Shown here one piece after another: positions 40,149-51,073 of a DNA stretch of 64,000 nt. Under the pieces are notes generated by a model. It ran no database searches and was not told where the DNA came from. It saw only the letters and a program-made list of their open reading frames with translations. The stretch is from a virus, in IMG/VR virus record IMGVR_UViG_3300021142_000021, positions 1-64,000 of that record; one strand, given 5' to 3'. The position numbers and the translations under genes are program-made. How positions within the stretch are numbered: the stretch's first letter is position 1; each line of letters starts with the position of its first letter.

Positions 40149-41047
40149 GCCGCGGAGTATTAATGTTCGCACACAACAATACTGAAATTGATTATTTCAA
40201 AATTGCTTGTGCTAATGCGTTAATGGTTAAGAAAAATCTTAATGTACCTGTTACGCTGATAACTGATTCAGGCACTGCAGATTGGGGTAAGTCAGCTTTA
40301 GGTAAAGATTTTGTAGATAGTTGTTTCGATAACATCATTGAAGTAAATAGAGACTGGATGTTTAAAAATACACGAAATTTTTCTGATACGTCATATTCTA
40401 CAAAATCTCTACAGTTTTATAATTGCGGTCACGGTGCAGCCTATGAGTTATCACCGTATGATGAGACTCTACTTATTGATAGTGATTATCTAATTATGAG
40501 TTCAGCTCTAAGTAAATGTTGGGACAGTAAATACGATGTAATGATTAATCATAAAATATTTTCACCTCTTGATGCGAAACCATATACACAAAATGTAGAT
40601 GAACTAAGTATTACTCTTTATTGGGCAACTGTGATTTATTTTAGAAGATCCGATCTTGCCAGACATCTGTTTTCTCTGGTAGAAGATATTCAACTAAATT
40701 ACGGATATTATAGAGATCTATACTGTTTTTCGAGCAGCATGTTTAGAAATGATACAGCATTTAGTATAGCAATACATATGCTAAACGGATTCAACAGCGA
40801 AGAACCTATCATAAGTGAATTACCTATTGTAGGATTGTTAATGTCCTGGGATAGAGATGATATTTATTGTATTAATGATATAAATGATATTACTCTCTAT
40901 ACTGAAAAAGTTAAACAATCAGGAACATATATTTTAACAAGATTAAAAGATACAGATGTCCATATTATGAATAAATGGGCAATAAGTCGCCACATAGATC
41001 GTATAATCGAATTATATAAGGAAATCACATGTCAAGAGGCTACTTAA
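40145..41047 (+). CDS. Putative GT-A glycosyltransferase
   Basis: AYELSPYDETLLIDSDYL (DxD), YWATVIYF, FRNDTAFSIA. Confidence 0.65.
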   Translation: MSRGVLMFAHNNTEIDYFKIACANALMVKKNLNVPVTLITDSGTADWGKSALGKDFVDSCFDNIIEVNRDWMFKNTRNFSDTSYSTKSLQFYNCGHGAAYELSPYDETLLIDSDYLIMSSALSKCWDSKYDVMINHKIFSPLDAKPYTQNVDELSITLYWATVIYFRRSDLARHLFSLVEDIQLNYGYYRDLYCFSSSMFRNDTAFSIAIHMLNGFNSEEPIISELPIVGLLMSWDRDDIYCINDINDITLYTEKVKQSGTYILTRLKDTDVHIMNKWAISRHIDRIIELYKEITCQEAT

Positions 41048-41880
41048 TTCTCTCTCAAAGTACAAAGAAGGATAATTATACTAGATTAGCATATGCACTA
41101 GCATTAAGTATTAGAAATTCTCAAAGTACCGAAAGTAATGTGGCATTAGCCACTACTGACGTCAATCTTCCAGATAAGTATCTCGAAGTTTTTGATCACG
41201 TAATAGATATACCGTGGACAGATCAGGCTGAGTATTCTAAGTGGAAAATTGAGAATAAATGGAAATATTATTACATGTCTCCTTTTGATGAAACAATTAT
41301 TTTGGATGCTGATATGTTATTTCCGACTGATATCAGCCATTGGTGGGATACTCTATCTAAGAAAGACATATGGATTACAGATAAACCTAGAACATTTCGC
41401 GGCGAAGTAATCACATCAAATAGATATAGACAGTCATTTGTTTCAAATGAATTACCGAATGTACATACAGCATTTATGTATTTTAAGAAATCAGAAATTG
41501 CGGCGGAATTATTTAAAATGGTAGAATTAATTTTTGAAAATTGGGAAAGATTCTTCTATAATTATATGGACGAAACTCGTCCAAAATATCTATCAGGTGA
41601 TGTTGCTTACGCATTAGCAATTAAAATATTAGGAATAGAAAAGGAATGTTTCGGTAATTCAGATCTTGTGCCGTCATTTGTACACATGAAATCATTTTTA
41701 CAGAATGTTGATGAAAAATTCTTAACAGACGATTGGACACAACATTTTCCTACGTATTTTGCCGAAGACGGGACATTTAAGGTAGGCAATTATCAGCAGA
41801 CATTACCGTTTCATTATCAAACTAAATCATGGTTAACAGATGAAATGATTGATATCTTAGAAAAGAGGCTCGACATATGA
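41029..41880 (+). CDS. Putative GT-A glycosyltransferase (paralog of 40145)
   Basis: YMSPFDETIILDADML (DxD), FVHMK, PFHY. Confidence 0.65.
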   Translation: MSRGYLILSQSTKKDNYTRLAYALALSIRNSQSTESNVALATTDVNLPDKYLEVFDHVIDIPWTDQAEYSKWKIENKWKYYYMSPFDETIILDADMLFPTDISHWWDTLSKKDIWITDKPRTFRGEVITSNRYRQSFVSNELPNVHTAFMYFKKSEIAAELFKMVELIFENWERFFYNYMDETRPKYLSGDVAYALAIKILGIEKECFGNSDLVPSFVHMKSFLQNVDEKFLTDDWTQHFPTYFAEDGTFKVGNYQQTLPFHYQTKSWLTDEMIDILEKRLDI

Positions 41881-42545
41881 ATACCTTAGTTTTAATGTAT
41901 GTCTTCTATGATAAGAATGGAGATATCAAGGCAATCACACCGATATTGGATGAAAACTTTTCTATTAACTTTTCATCAGCGACTTTTCCATTGGCCGAAG
42001 TAGAAATGTTTTTAACAGCACAGAGTAGTACATTTGATTATCAAGTAAAACAAATTGACAAAGTTTCTGGCACAACCTATAAGATTGTTAAGAAACAAAC
42101 TAATGTAACCTATACAAGAACATTAGATTCATATTTAACTAAAGTAGATGATGTTAAACGTCATGAAACTATTCTTACCATAACAAATATCACAGACGAT
42201 AGTGTTATATCAGTGGAAATTAATAAAGATTTTAAGGAATTATATATCAAAAACGAATGTTCCGAAGAACAACAAGAAAGTATTGCTACTTTTTTTACTA
42301 GCGGGCCGTCAGTGGTATATCTAACAAAGAAGAATAATCCATATCATTTATTATTCTCTTTTACCTTCACGCCAATAGATCTTATTAGAGTGGATAAGTT
42401 GTATTTCAACTATACAGGGGATTATACTGATACAAGTACAAGTGTTTATACGAAGAAACTCATAATCGGCTATGGATACAAAGAGACTAATAAGAAACAG
42501 TTACGTATACAAAAAAGAGGTATAAAATGGCTTTCAGATCGTTAA
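41877..42545 (+). CDS. Hypothetical protein
   Basis: 222-aa ORF with ATGA coupling to the upstream gene. Confidence 0.75.
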   Translation: MNTLVLMYVFYDKNGDIKAITPILDENFSINFSSATFPLAEVEMFLTAQSSTFDYQVKQIDKVSGTTYKIVKKQTNVTYTRTLDSYLTKVDDVKRHETILTITNITDDSVISVEINKDFKELYIKNECSEEQQESIATFFTSGPSVVYLTKKNNPYHLLFSFTFTPIDLIRVDKLYFNYTGDYTDTSTSVYTKKLIIGYGYKETNKKQLRIQKRGIKWLSDR

Positions 42546-43531
42546 ATGAATTAGATGTTATTTTTATCAGTTATGATGAAGATAATTGTGAAGAAAATTG
42601 GGCAGACCTAGAAAGTAAGGTTCCCTGGGCCAAACGAGTACATGGTGTAAAAGGGTCAGACGCTGCACATAAAGCTGCCGCCAACTTATCAGAGACAGAT
42701 AGATTTATTTCTGTTGATGCTGATAACATTGTAGATCCGAATTTCTTCGATATGGAATTAGATTTTGATCACCCGAAGTTATCCGGAAAAGCAGTTAGTT
42801 GGGCAGCAGTCAACTTCGTAAATGGATTAGAGTATGGTAATGGTGGGTTGAAATGTTGGCCGAAACAGTACGTATTAGATATGCGTACTCATGAGAATGC
42901 TGTGAGTGAAGATGAAAGAAATCAAGTAGATTTTTGTTGGGAGGGTAGCTATGTGCAGATGGCAAATCAGTACAGCACTACCTATCCCAATGGTAGTCCA
43001 CGGCAAGCATTTCGTGCAGGATTTAGAGAAGGCGTTAAGATGAGCTTGGATCAGGGTGGCAAAGTACACCCTGATGATTTTAAGAAAAAGATCTGGTGGG
43101 GTAATTATAAACGTCTTATCACATGGTGTAGCGTCGGCGCTGATGTAGAAAATGGATTATGGTCTATGTATGGTACGCGACTTGGTTGCCAAATGACTAA
43201 TCTAACTGAATGGAATTACGTAAACGTAAGAGATTTTGACTATCTTAATAATCTTTTCACAGATGAAGTTATGCCAAAGTTTGCTACAAGATCCGGCCCA
43301 CACTATGCAGAGAAATGCTATAAGACAGGCTATGTATGGGATAACCAGAAGTTATGGACCGCTATAACTGACTTAGGAACAGAACTAAGAAAAGGGCTCG
43401 GTATGGAACTTGCAGAACTAGACGAATCCCAGAGCAGGTTCTATAAGGCAGCACAATATAATGTTCCACGCATGAATAAGATGTTTACTGAAGAGGAACT
43501 GTATGAACTTAGAAGGATTAACAATAAATGA
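42527..43531 (+). CDS. Putative GT-A (GT2-like) glycosyltransferase
   Basis: DVIFISYDE, RVHGVKGSDAAH, ISVDADN (DxD), AFRAGFREGVK. Confidence 0.65.
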   Translation: MAFRSLNELDVIFISYDEDNCEENWADLESKVPWAKRVHGVKGSDAAHKAAANLSETDRFISVDADNIVDPNFFDMELDFDHPKLSGKAVSWAAVNFVNGLEYGNGGLKCWPKQYVLDMRTHENAVSEDERNQVDFCWEGSYVQMANQYSTTYPNGSPRQAFRAGFREGVKMSLDQGGKVHPDDFKKKIWWGNYKRLITWCSVGADVENGLWSMYGTRLGCQMTNLTEWNYVNVRDFDYLNNLFTDEVMPKFATRSGPHYAEKCYKTGYVWDNQKLWTAITDLGTELRKGLGMELAELDESQSRFYKAAQYNVPRMNKMFTEEELYELRRINNK

Positions 43532-44118
43532 TTGACTCCCAATTCTTAATACGCTATACTAATGGCTTATATACAACGGAATCCAAAGATGCCCCTACAT
43601 ATGAAGAATTTAGAGATATGTTTAGTTCGGGGCAGATCCTAAGTAAGGAATGGCTCATTGATAAACTCAAACAACTAAACATTATCTCTGATGAATCTGT
43701 TGTTATTGTCGGGGCTTGGTATGGGACACTTGGATTAATGTTAAAGAAACAATTTCCATACATTGCTCTAACAATGTTAGATATAGATCCCAGATGTGAA
43801 ACATATCTAACTAATATTACATATGATCTAGATGTACTATCTATAACCAAGGATATGTATAATTATAAGTACAGGGAACAGGTCGTAATAAATACTGCCT
43901 GTGAACATATACCAAATGTTAGATGGTGGTTAGATAAGTTACCAAAAGGCACTATTGTGATCTTACAATCGAATAATTTTACCGAAGGTGAAGATCACAT
44001 AAATTGTGTACGAAGAATTGAAGAGTTTGAGGCACAAACAGCACTGGCAGAAGTTTTGTTCTCCGGTGAACTAGAGACACCGATGTATTTTAGGTACATG
44101 ATTATAGGAAAGACTTAA
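43528..44118 (+). CDS. SAM-dependent methyltransferase-like protein
   Basis: VIVGAWYG motif I, LDIDP, INTACEH, ILQSNN. Confidence 0.7.
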   Translation: MIDSQFLIRYTNGLYTTESKDAPTYEEFRDMFSSGQILSKEWLIDKLKQLNIISDESVVIVGAWYGTLGLMLKKQFPYIALTMLDIDPRCETYLTNITYDLDVLSITKDMYNYKYREQVVINTACEHIPNVRWWLDKLPKGTIVILQSNNFTEGEDHINCVRRIEEFEAQTALAEVLFSGELETPMYFRYMIIGKT

Positions 44119-44128
44119 AGGTTAGAAA

Positions 44129-44695
44129 ATGATAGATTCCTGGTTTATTATAAATTATACAAATGCATTGTGGTCACTACCCCCGGAAAATTCTCCTACA
44201 TACGAAGAATTTCAACAGATGTTCAGATCACATGAAATTTATAGATATGAATGGGCATTAAATCAGCTAGGTCAGTTAAGGATTGTTTCGGATGAAACAA
44301 CTGTACTAGTGGGTGCTGGGTATGGTGTCTCGAGCTTAATGCTACAACGATTCTACAAATATATACCTATAACTTTACTAGAAACGAATTCCAAGTATGA
44401 AGTATTCTTAAATCATCTCATTAAAGTTATACCGCTTTTGAAGACAGAGATAAATGACATTTATACTCGCACTTATACGGAACAGATTGTTATAAGTCTA
44501 TCTTGCGAAAACATAGATGTAAAGAAATGGATAAAAAAATTACCAAAACATACAATTGTGGTCCTACAGACACTAAATGATTTTGATGAATTTAAAGAAC
44601 AAACACAGTTATCTGAGACCTTATTCTCGGATACTCTAAAGATAGAAACATCCGTAGGTACAATCACACGCAATATGTTAATAGGACGCACATGA
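44129..44695 (+). CDS. Methyltransferase-like protein, tandem paralog of 43528
   Basis: MIDSxFxIxYTN..PTYEEF, VLVGAGYG and SCEN are colinear with the upstream gene. Confidence 0.65.
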   Translation: MIDSWFIINYTNALWSLPPENSPTYEEFQQMFRSHEIYRYEWALNQLGQLRIVSDETTVLVGAGYGVSSLMLQRFYKYIPITLLETNSKYEVFLNHLIKVIPLLKTEINDIYTRTYTEQIVISLSCENIDVKKWIKKLPKHTIVVLQTLNDFDEFKEQTQLSETLFSDTLKIETSVGTITRNMLIGRT

Positions 44696-46089
44696 AAACA
44701 CTAACTATCCCAATTCACGCTTTTAGAGATCAACTAAATGCAATAAGCCCGTCCTTTTGCGCTGCAAAGTGGCAGCAGGTTACTTTGCATCTCCAGACAG
44801 GACATACGCATAGTTGTCACCACCCGCGTACACATAAGATTCCATTAGATGAATTATTAGCAAATCCGTCAGCATTACATAACACAAACTTTAAGAAGTT
44901 GCAAAGAAAGAAGATGCTCGAGGGTGTTCGTCCTAACGAATGCGATTATTGCTGGAGAATAGAAGACGGTCCCGGTGATGGCCTCAGCGACAGAATTTAT
45001 AAATCGTCCGATGACTGGGCGATTCCACACATCGACGCAATTAAAGAGATGCCATGGGATAATGATGTTGTCCCTTCTTACTTAGAGGTATCTTTTAGTA
45101 GTGTGTGTAACTTTAAATGCAGTTATTGCACCCCACAGGTTAGTAGTAAATGGATGGAAGAAATTGAGAAATTTGGACCATATCCTACATCTACGAAGTT
45201 TGGCGATATTGAATGGCTAAGACAGAGTGATGCTATGCCTATTCCTCATAAAGATGAAAATCCTTATGTCGACGCATTCTGGAAATGGTGGCCAGATATC
45301 TATACTAAGTTAGAGCATTTCCGTATCACCGGTGGTGAACCGTTGCTCACAAAGGATACATTTAAGGTATTAGATTATGTCATTGATAATCCTAATCCTA
45401 ATTTACGTCTCTCTATAAACACTAATATGTGTCCACCAGACGGATTATTAGATAAATTTATTGAGAAAATTAAGATTATTTGTGGAGAGAAGAAGGTAAA
45501 ACAACTCAATATTTTTACCAGCGCAGAAGCACATGGTAAGCAGGCAGAGTATATTCGACATGGGTTAGATTACAATAAATGGTTATCGAATATTAGAAAA
45601 GTATTAAGTGAAGTACCTAACTGTACATTCACGATTATGAGTACCTATAATCTGCTCAGTGTTACCACATACAAAGAATTTATGAAGGATATTCTGCAAA
45701 TCAAATTAGATTTTAGCAGATTCGATAGGCCAGATTCACCGATTATTCTTGATGTCCCATATCTACGATATCCAACTCATCAGGCAATTTTTGTTATGCC
45801 TGAGAAATTCTTACCAATTGTATATGATCAGGTAACCTTTATTCATCAACATATTGAGAATTCATTATGGTTTGGTACTGCAAGTAAAGGCTTCTATCAA
45901 TGGGAGGCAGACAAGTTTAAGAGAATTTACGAATTGGTCTGTAAGGTAAAAGACGTAGAAGCAGTTAATCAAAATCAGAAAGACTTTATTAAATTTGTTG
46001 ATGAGCACGATCGTCGACGAGGCACAAATTTCTTAGAAACATTCCCTGAGATGGAAGAAGAATATCGTAAATGGTCTAAGGCTCTATGA
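44692..46089 (+). CDS. Radical SAM enzyme with N-terminal Cys-rich (twitch/SPASM-like) region
   Basis: CNFKCSYC, ITGGEP; N-terminal FC...SCHH...CDYC. Confidence 0.9.
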   Translation: MKTLTIPIHAFRDQLNAISPSFCAAKWQQVTLHLQTGHTHSCHHPRTHKIPLDELLANPSALHNTNFKKLQRKKMLEGVRPNECDYCWRIEDGPGDGLSDRIYKSSDDWAIPHIDAIKEMPWDNDVVPSYLEVSFSSVCNFKCSYCTPQVSSKWMEEIEKFGPYPTSTKFGDIEWLRQSDAMPIPHKDENPYVDAFWKWWPDIYTKLEHFRITGGEPLLTKDTFKVLDYVIDNPNPNLRLSINTNMCPPDGLLDKFIEKIKIICGEKKVKQLNIFTSAEAHGKQAEYIRHGLDYNKWLSNIRKVLSEVPNCTFTIMSTYNLLSVTTYKEFMKDILQIKLDFSRFDRPDSPIILDVPYLRYPTHQAIFVMPEKFLPIVYDQVTFIHQHIENSLWFGTASKGFYQWEADKFKRIYELVCKVKDVEAVNQNQKDFIKFVDEHDRRRGTNFLETFPEMEEEYRKWSKAL

Positions 46090-46862
46090 ATTTAGAAGAG
46101 AGAATCGCAGTCTGTTTCAGCGGACAATTAAGAACGGGACTAGAAACTGCCCCGTTCTTAAAGAGATTCTTCGGTGACCTATTACCTAAAATGGACTTCT
46201 TTATACATACATGGGATACAGATACCAGCCTAGTTTGGGATCCGAAAACAGGTATGTTTCCCGAACCAGACCTTGTTGAACATCTGCCCATTGAGGCAGA
46301 TAAGTTTATTAAGATAAAGGAAATATATAATCCTATCAAAATGGTAGTGGATAATATAAATGCGTATGAGATATCCTATCATCAAAGAGTAATTAACCGA
46401 TCTGGATTACCACCCGTATTGCACACAGGGATGTTTCAGAGTCTATATGAGTCAAATTCATACAAGACAGAATATGAAATAGAAAATAGTTCCGAATATG
46501 GGCTTGTCATACGTATACGATTTGATATATTCTTTGATCCGGGTCACACATTACAAGAAGAACTTGAGTATCTCAATGTCGAGCCAAATAGGTTATATGT
46601 TTCTGACTTCATGGCGAAATTGCCGAGAAGTGTAGAGGATATCTGCTGGATAGCAAAATCATCTACAATAAATACTGTATGTGATTTTAGTCTAGAAAGA
46701 GAAACACGAAGCGACATGACTGTCATTGATTGGCAAGATCATCTTAGATACTATCTTTACAAACATGATATATTTCCTGTAAAATGGAAGAATAACAACC
46801 TGTATATCTATAGAACAGCTAATGGCGCATTTAGTCCATTTGATACAAAGGATTTAAAGTGA
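46086..46862 (+). CDS. Uncharacterised paralog family A, copy 1 (possible glycosyltransferase-like)
   Basis: AVCFSGQLRT...DFFIHTWD...IRIRFD. Confidence 0.7.
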   Translation: MNLEERIAVCFSGQLRTGLETAPFLKRFFGDLLPKMDFFIHTWDTDTSLVWDPKTGMFPEPDLVEHLPIEADKFIKIKEIYNPIKMVVDNINAYEISYHQRVINRSGLPPVLHTGMFQSLYESNSYKTEYEIENSSEYGLVIRIRFDIFFDPGHTLQEELEYLNVEPNRLYVSDFMAKLPRSVEDICWIAKSSTINTVCDFSLERETRSDMTVIDWQDHLRYYLYKHDIFPVKWKNNNLYIYRTANGAFSPFDTKDLK

Positions 46863-47635
46863 GTAATAGAATAGCGATATGTTTTAGCGGACAAATTCGA
46901 ACAGGTGTAATAGCTTCACAGAGTATCTTGCGGTATGTAGGAGATCTATTGTCTGATGTTGATTTCTTTATACATACATGGGATACAGAAACTATCTCTA
47001 AGTGGGGTCTGCAAGGACGAGATAAAAACTTGGCTGATAAGCCATTTCCTGTAAATCCTGAAAAATTTATAAAAATGGAAGAAATATATCATCCAATAAA
47101 AATGCAGATAGATAGTTTCGGAGAATACACGCAGAAAAAACATGATTTACTGAGTTATGCTGGATATAGTGAACACCCATTATTTCATAGTGCATACGAA
47201 TCAAATATGCTCAAGAAGCAATACGAAGATGCAAACAATTTCAAATATAAATTAGTAATAAAAATGAGACCCGATATGGTAATGAATTCTCGTCTAAGAC
47301 TAGAAGATGAAGTTCACTATGTATGCGATCACCGTAAAACAGATGTATTCTATGTTAATGATCAATGGAATAAGTGTCCCGAGTCTATAGAAGATATATG
47401 TTGGATGTCATCTTCAGATACTATGGATATAGCATGTGATTATATACGCGAAAGAGAAATTAATAATTCATATAGAGATATTGATTGGCAAACACACCAT
47501 AGTATATATCTTAAAGAACACAACATACTCTCTAGACCGTTTAAATATAACGAACTATATATCTATAGAGATTATCACGTCGAAGCTGGAATTAGTCCAT
47601 TAGATACAATTTCAATTAAATCATTTACAAATTAA
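46859..47635 (+). CDS. Family A, copy 2
   Basis: AICFSGQIRT...DFFIHTWD...IKMRPD. Confidence 0.7.
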   Translation: MSNRIAICFSGQIRTGVIASQSILRYVGDLLSDVDFFIHTWDTETISKWGLQGRDKNLADKPFPVNPEKFIKMEEIYHPIKMQIDSFGEYTQKKHDLLSYAGYSEHPLFHSAYESNMLKKQYEDANNFKYKLVIKMRPDMVMNSRLRLEDEVHYVCDHRKTDVFYVNDQWNKCPESIEDICWMSSSDTMDIACDYIREREINNSYRDIDWQTHHSIYLKEHNILSRPFKYNELYIYRDYHVEAGISPLDTISIKSFTN

Positions 47636-47643
47636 TAAATATT

Positions 47644-48489
47644 ATGAAAAGAATAGCAATATGTTTTAGTGGGCAACCACGTACCTGGGAGAAGTGTAGT
47701 GATACATGGGATTTACTCTTCCATAAAATAGAAGAGAAATTTAATGCAGAAGTAGATATCTTTTGTCAAGCATGGGACTTTAATACATCATCACACGTAG
47801 TTGTGATCAACAAACCTGTAAATTTTCTACATTATACAGGTGTTGCTATATCTGAAGAAGAGAAGAAGAGACTAGTGAATGTAATGCAACCGAAAGATTT
47901 TATATTTGAAAATGAAACTGCTAGTTTATCATCTGTTTATCAGACACTAAACAGAAATAGAAATCAAATCATGCAGCACGGTGCAAGTGTAATTCCGTGG
48001 GCATCTAGTCAATTCTATGCTATAATGCGTAGTGCCCACCTTAAGAAAAAATATGAATTTGAACACGGATTTAAGTATGATATGTGTTTACGTATGAGAT
48101 ATGATCTTTTCTTCGATGAAGGTCAATTAGGATGTCTTCTAGGACACGATCTTGAGATGCCAGAATATAATACTCTTTATTCGTGTCATACTTCTCATGA
48201 TGAACACACATTTCCTTATGTAAGATTGGGAGATGTTTTTTGGTATTCCGACAGCGTAACATTTGATAGAATATGTGATTTCTATAGATGGTATCCTGTT
48301 ATTGGAAAGAAGAGTTTCCCTCATTCATCTGTCGGTACCGAACATACTCTTTATTTCTATGCAAAAATGTTGAATATGACTATAAGTCCTATATTAGTAG
48401 ATCCGAAAATATTTAGAGAAGCGAGTTATCTAGATAAAAAAATTGAAGCTGGACTCACAGGAGGATTAGGTAATCATGAACTCATCTAA
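47644..48489 (+). CDS. Family A, copy 3
   Basis: AICFSGQPRT...DIFCQAWD...YDMCLRMRYD. Confidence 0.7.
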   Translation: MKRIAICFSGQPRTWEKCSDTWDLLFHKIEEKFNAEVDIFCQAWDFNTSSHVVVINKPVNFLHYTGVAISEEEKKRLVNVMQPKDFIFENETASLSSVYQTLNRNRNQIMQHGASVIPWASSQFYAIMRSAHLKKKYEFEHGFKYDMCLRMRYDLFFDEGQLGCLLGHDLEMPEYNTLYSCHTSHDEHTFPYVRLGDVFWYSDSVTFDRICDFYRWYPVIGKKSFPHSSVGTEHTLYFYAKMLNMTISPILVDPKIFREASYLDKKIEAGLTGGLGNHELI

Positions 48490-49336
48490 CTTAGAAGATC
48501 TCTTCCCGAGATCAAACACGTTTCGGATTGCTGTGTGTCTTAGTGGAGAACTTAGACACTGGAGAACAGCGGTGGCGAATATAAAGCAATTTTTCGAGTT
48601 TCCAGAATCTCAAAGATATATAAATGGAAATCAAAATCTGCCTATTACGACAGATTACTTTATACATACGTGGGATACTAATACATGGCGATATTATAAG
48701 ATGGAACATGTACATTTTAAGATTGAACCACATAGTGATAAGAGTGATGTATATGCGGCATATAATCCTAAGGGAATGATTCAAGAACCGTGGGAGCAGC
48801 CTAGGTTTAAAAGAGCATGGGATTCTATGTTCTATAGTCATGCAAGAAGCGTAATGCTAAAAAGAGAGTACGAATTAGAAAATAATTTTCAATATGATAT
48901 GGTTGTTAAAAGCAGGTTCGATACTGTTTATAATCCGAGACATAAAATTCCATTAGATCTAATGACTACCAAAATGTGTTATTCTCCACATGTTAGTTTA
49001 ATGCCATTAGAATTTAATTATAACAACTTCGATGATGTCGTGTTTTATGGTGATAGTCCTACTATGGATTTAGTGGCTGATTTATATCATACGTATAAAA
49101 TACTGCATTCACCAGAGAAATTACAAAAGGGATTAGAAACCAATGATGTAGATCCTTCAATGTACTACGGACCCGGATGTTTATTATATAATCATATGAT
49201 AAGGTTAGGAATACATCCAGAACGACATCATACCTTTGACTACGCAATAGTTAGGTCGACTGCCGCTGAATTAAACTTAGATGGAATTAAAGATTATGAC
49301 GAAATTAGAAAAAAATGGTTTGATTGGTACATCTAG
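48476..49336 (+). CDS. Family A, copy 4
   Basis: AVCLSGELRH...DYFIHTWD...YDMVVKSRFD. Confidence 0.7.
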   Translation: MNSSNLEDLFPRSNTFRIAVCLSGELRHWRTAVANIKQFFEFPESQRYINGNQNLPITTDYFIHTWDTNTWRYYKMEHVHFKIEPHSDKSDVYAAYNPKGMIQEPWEQPRFKRAWDSMFYSHARSVMLKREYELENNFQYDMVVKSRFDTVYNPRHKIPLDLMTTKMCYSPHVSLMPLEFNYNNFDDVVFYGDSPTMDLVADLYHTYKILHSPEKLQKGLETNDVDPSMYYGPGCLLYNHMIRLGIHPERHHTFDYAIVRSTAAELNLDGIKDYDEIRKKWFDWYI

Positions 49337-50219
49337 GTTGCAGATCATCTGCGATGGAGATAGTTGGGTATTCGGTTGTGAGATTGCAGACCCGGAATTA
49401 GCTAAGAAATATTCAGCTGATACACACCCGGGTGCCTATGATTTTCTACCAGAGAATGATTGGTATCGCATACCAAAAATATTTCCTACGCATCTATCTA
49501 ATCTATTAGATGCAGAAGTAATTAATCTATCCTGGCCAGCAGATGATAATGCAACCATTTTAAATCGGACAGTTGATTTTATAACTAATACTTATATAGC
49601 AAGAGGTATATCCACTGATAATCTATTAGTAGTTATAGGATGGAGTAGTCCAGAGCGAAATTCATTCTGGTATAAAGACGATAATCTATCTCGACCGTTT
49701 AGACTATGGCCACAGGTTCCTAATTTTGATGTTCCTGCACAAGAAGAAATTTGGAAAACATATGTAACCTATCTCTGGAATGCTGAAGAGTATATACCGA
49801 GATATGTGCGTAATGTTATATATCTTCAGAATTTTTGTAAGGCACATAACATAAAATGGATGTGTTTCAACAGTTTTTATCAAACACCAAAGAAAACAAT
49901 ATCCGATTGGAAAGATTTAGATATCGCTGCAGAACTTGATTCTATAAAAGAAACAATGAAGCACCCGTATCATTTCAACTCTACAAGAGACGGTTTGACA
50001 AAATATAATGCCGTACTAGATTATAAGGCATTGTGGGATACAGTGGATCCTATTAGATTTTATAAGAAAGATATACCTAATAACACATTCAAGTCATTTA
50101 TAGAAAATCCTGATAGAAATATAAATCCTGTATTTACAGGATGGCATCCTAGTCCGGAAGCACACAAGGCATGGGCACAGGAATTAGCAACTTATATAAG
50201 AGACAATAATATAATATGA
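49281..50219 (+). CDS. SGNH/GDSL-like protein, family B copy 1 (start uncertain)
   Basis: GDSWVFG...INLS...IGWS...R...HPSPEAH. Confidence 0.7.
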   Translation: MELKIMTKLEKNGLIGTSRLQIICDGDSWVFGCEIADPELAKKYSADTHPGAYDFLPENDWYRIPKIFPTHLSNLLDAEVINLSWPADDNATILNRTVDFITNTYIARGISTDNLLVVIGWSSPERNSFWYKDDNLSRPFRLWPQVPNFDVPAQEEIWKTYVTYLWNAEEYIPRYVRNVIYLQNFCKAHNIKWMCFNSFYQTPKKTISDWKDLDIAAELDSIKETMKHPYHFNSTRDGLTKYNAVLDYKALWDTVDPIRFYKKDIPNNTFKSFIENPDRNINPVFTGWHPSPEAHKAWAQELATYIRDNNII

Positions 50220-51073
50220 TCGATACCTTGTATACAAACGGGTGCAGCTGGACATCAGGTAATGAATTAGAGTGCGACATGGCATATCAGGATTACTTAA
50301 TAGAACATGAACTAAGACATAGTCCAGTGGATAAGTGGGTTCTAATAGATAAAAATAATAAACCTGCAGGTCATGTCAATGATTACTGGTGTAAATTTAA
50401 TTGGCCAGGAAAATTATCAGAGAAACTTGCTATACCTACCTTAATAGATCAATCAGTTGGTGGCGGCAGTAATTCTAGAATATTAAGACAGACATGTGAA
50501 TTTATTAAAAACTATCCTATTCCTGCTAGAGAAAATCTTCTTCTTGTTATCGGTTGGACAATATCTGATAGGCAGGAATTATATTTAGATAATGGACAAG
50601 GATATGCAGACTGGGTCCAGTTTAATTCTAGCACTCAGTTTAGCAAATCAATACACAGAGAATTTTCGAAAGATAAAGACTTTGCAAATAGTATAGATCA
50701 GTTTCAGAAAAATTACATAACAAGTATTGATACTGAATACGCACAATTATACCAATATTTTCAACAAATATATCTGCTATCGAGTCTGCTATCGAGTCTT
50801 AATATAAAGTACCTGTTCTTCAATGCATTAACTGCCTGGTGGGAAGCAGGTAGCGGAAAGTACATATTAAATGTAGACGAAGTTTTCAAGAAGGAATTAG
50901 CATGGCAAAATAGTCATCCTAATATGATGCATCATAATAGAGGTTCGATGCACTCATTTGTTCACCGGAACGCCTTTCCACGCGGCCCGGATAAACATCC
51001 ACTAGCATTAGCACATGATTTATGGGCAGAATATATTCTAACTCAATTAAAACAAAGAGGTATAGTTCAGTGA
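50216..51073 (+). CDS. SGNH-like protein, family B copy 2
   Basis: GCSWTSG...GGGSNSRI...IGWT...DKHPLALAH. Confidence 0.7.
   Translation: MIDTLYTNGCSWTSGNELECDMAYQDYLIEHELRHSPVDKWVLIDKNNKPAGHVNDYWCKFNWPGKLSEKLAIPTLIDQSVGGGSNSRILRQTCEFIKNYPIPARENLLLVIGWTISDRQELYLDNGQGYADWVQFNSSTQFSKSIHREFSKDKDFANSIDQFQKNYITSIDTEYAQLYQYFQQIYLLSSLLSSLNIKYLFFNALTAWWEAGSGKYILNVDEVFKKELAWQNSHPNMMHHNRGSMHSFVHRNAFPRGPDKHPLALAHDLWAEYILTQLKQRGIVQ

Noticed and set aside
50773-50799. 12-nt tandem duplication (similar ones near 13578 and 30145)
   Set aside because: In-frame two-copy microduplications with no evidence of function.
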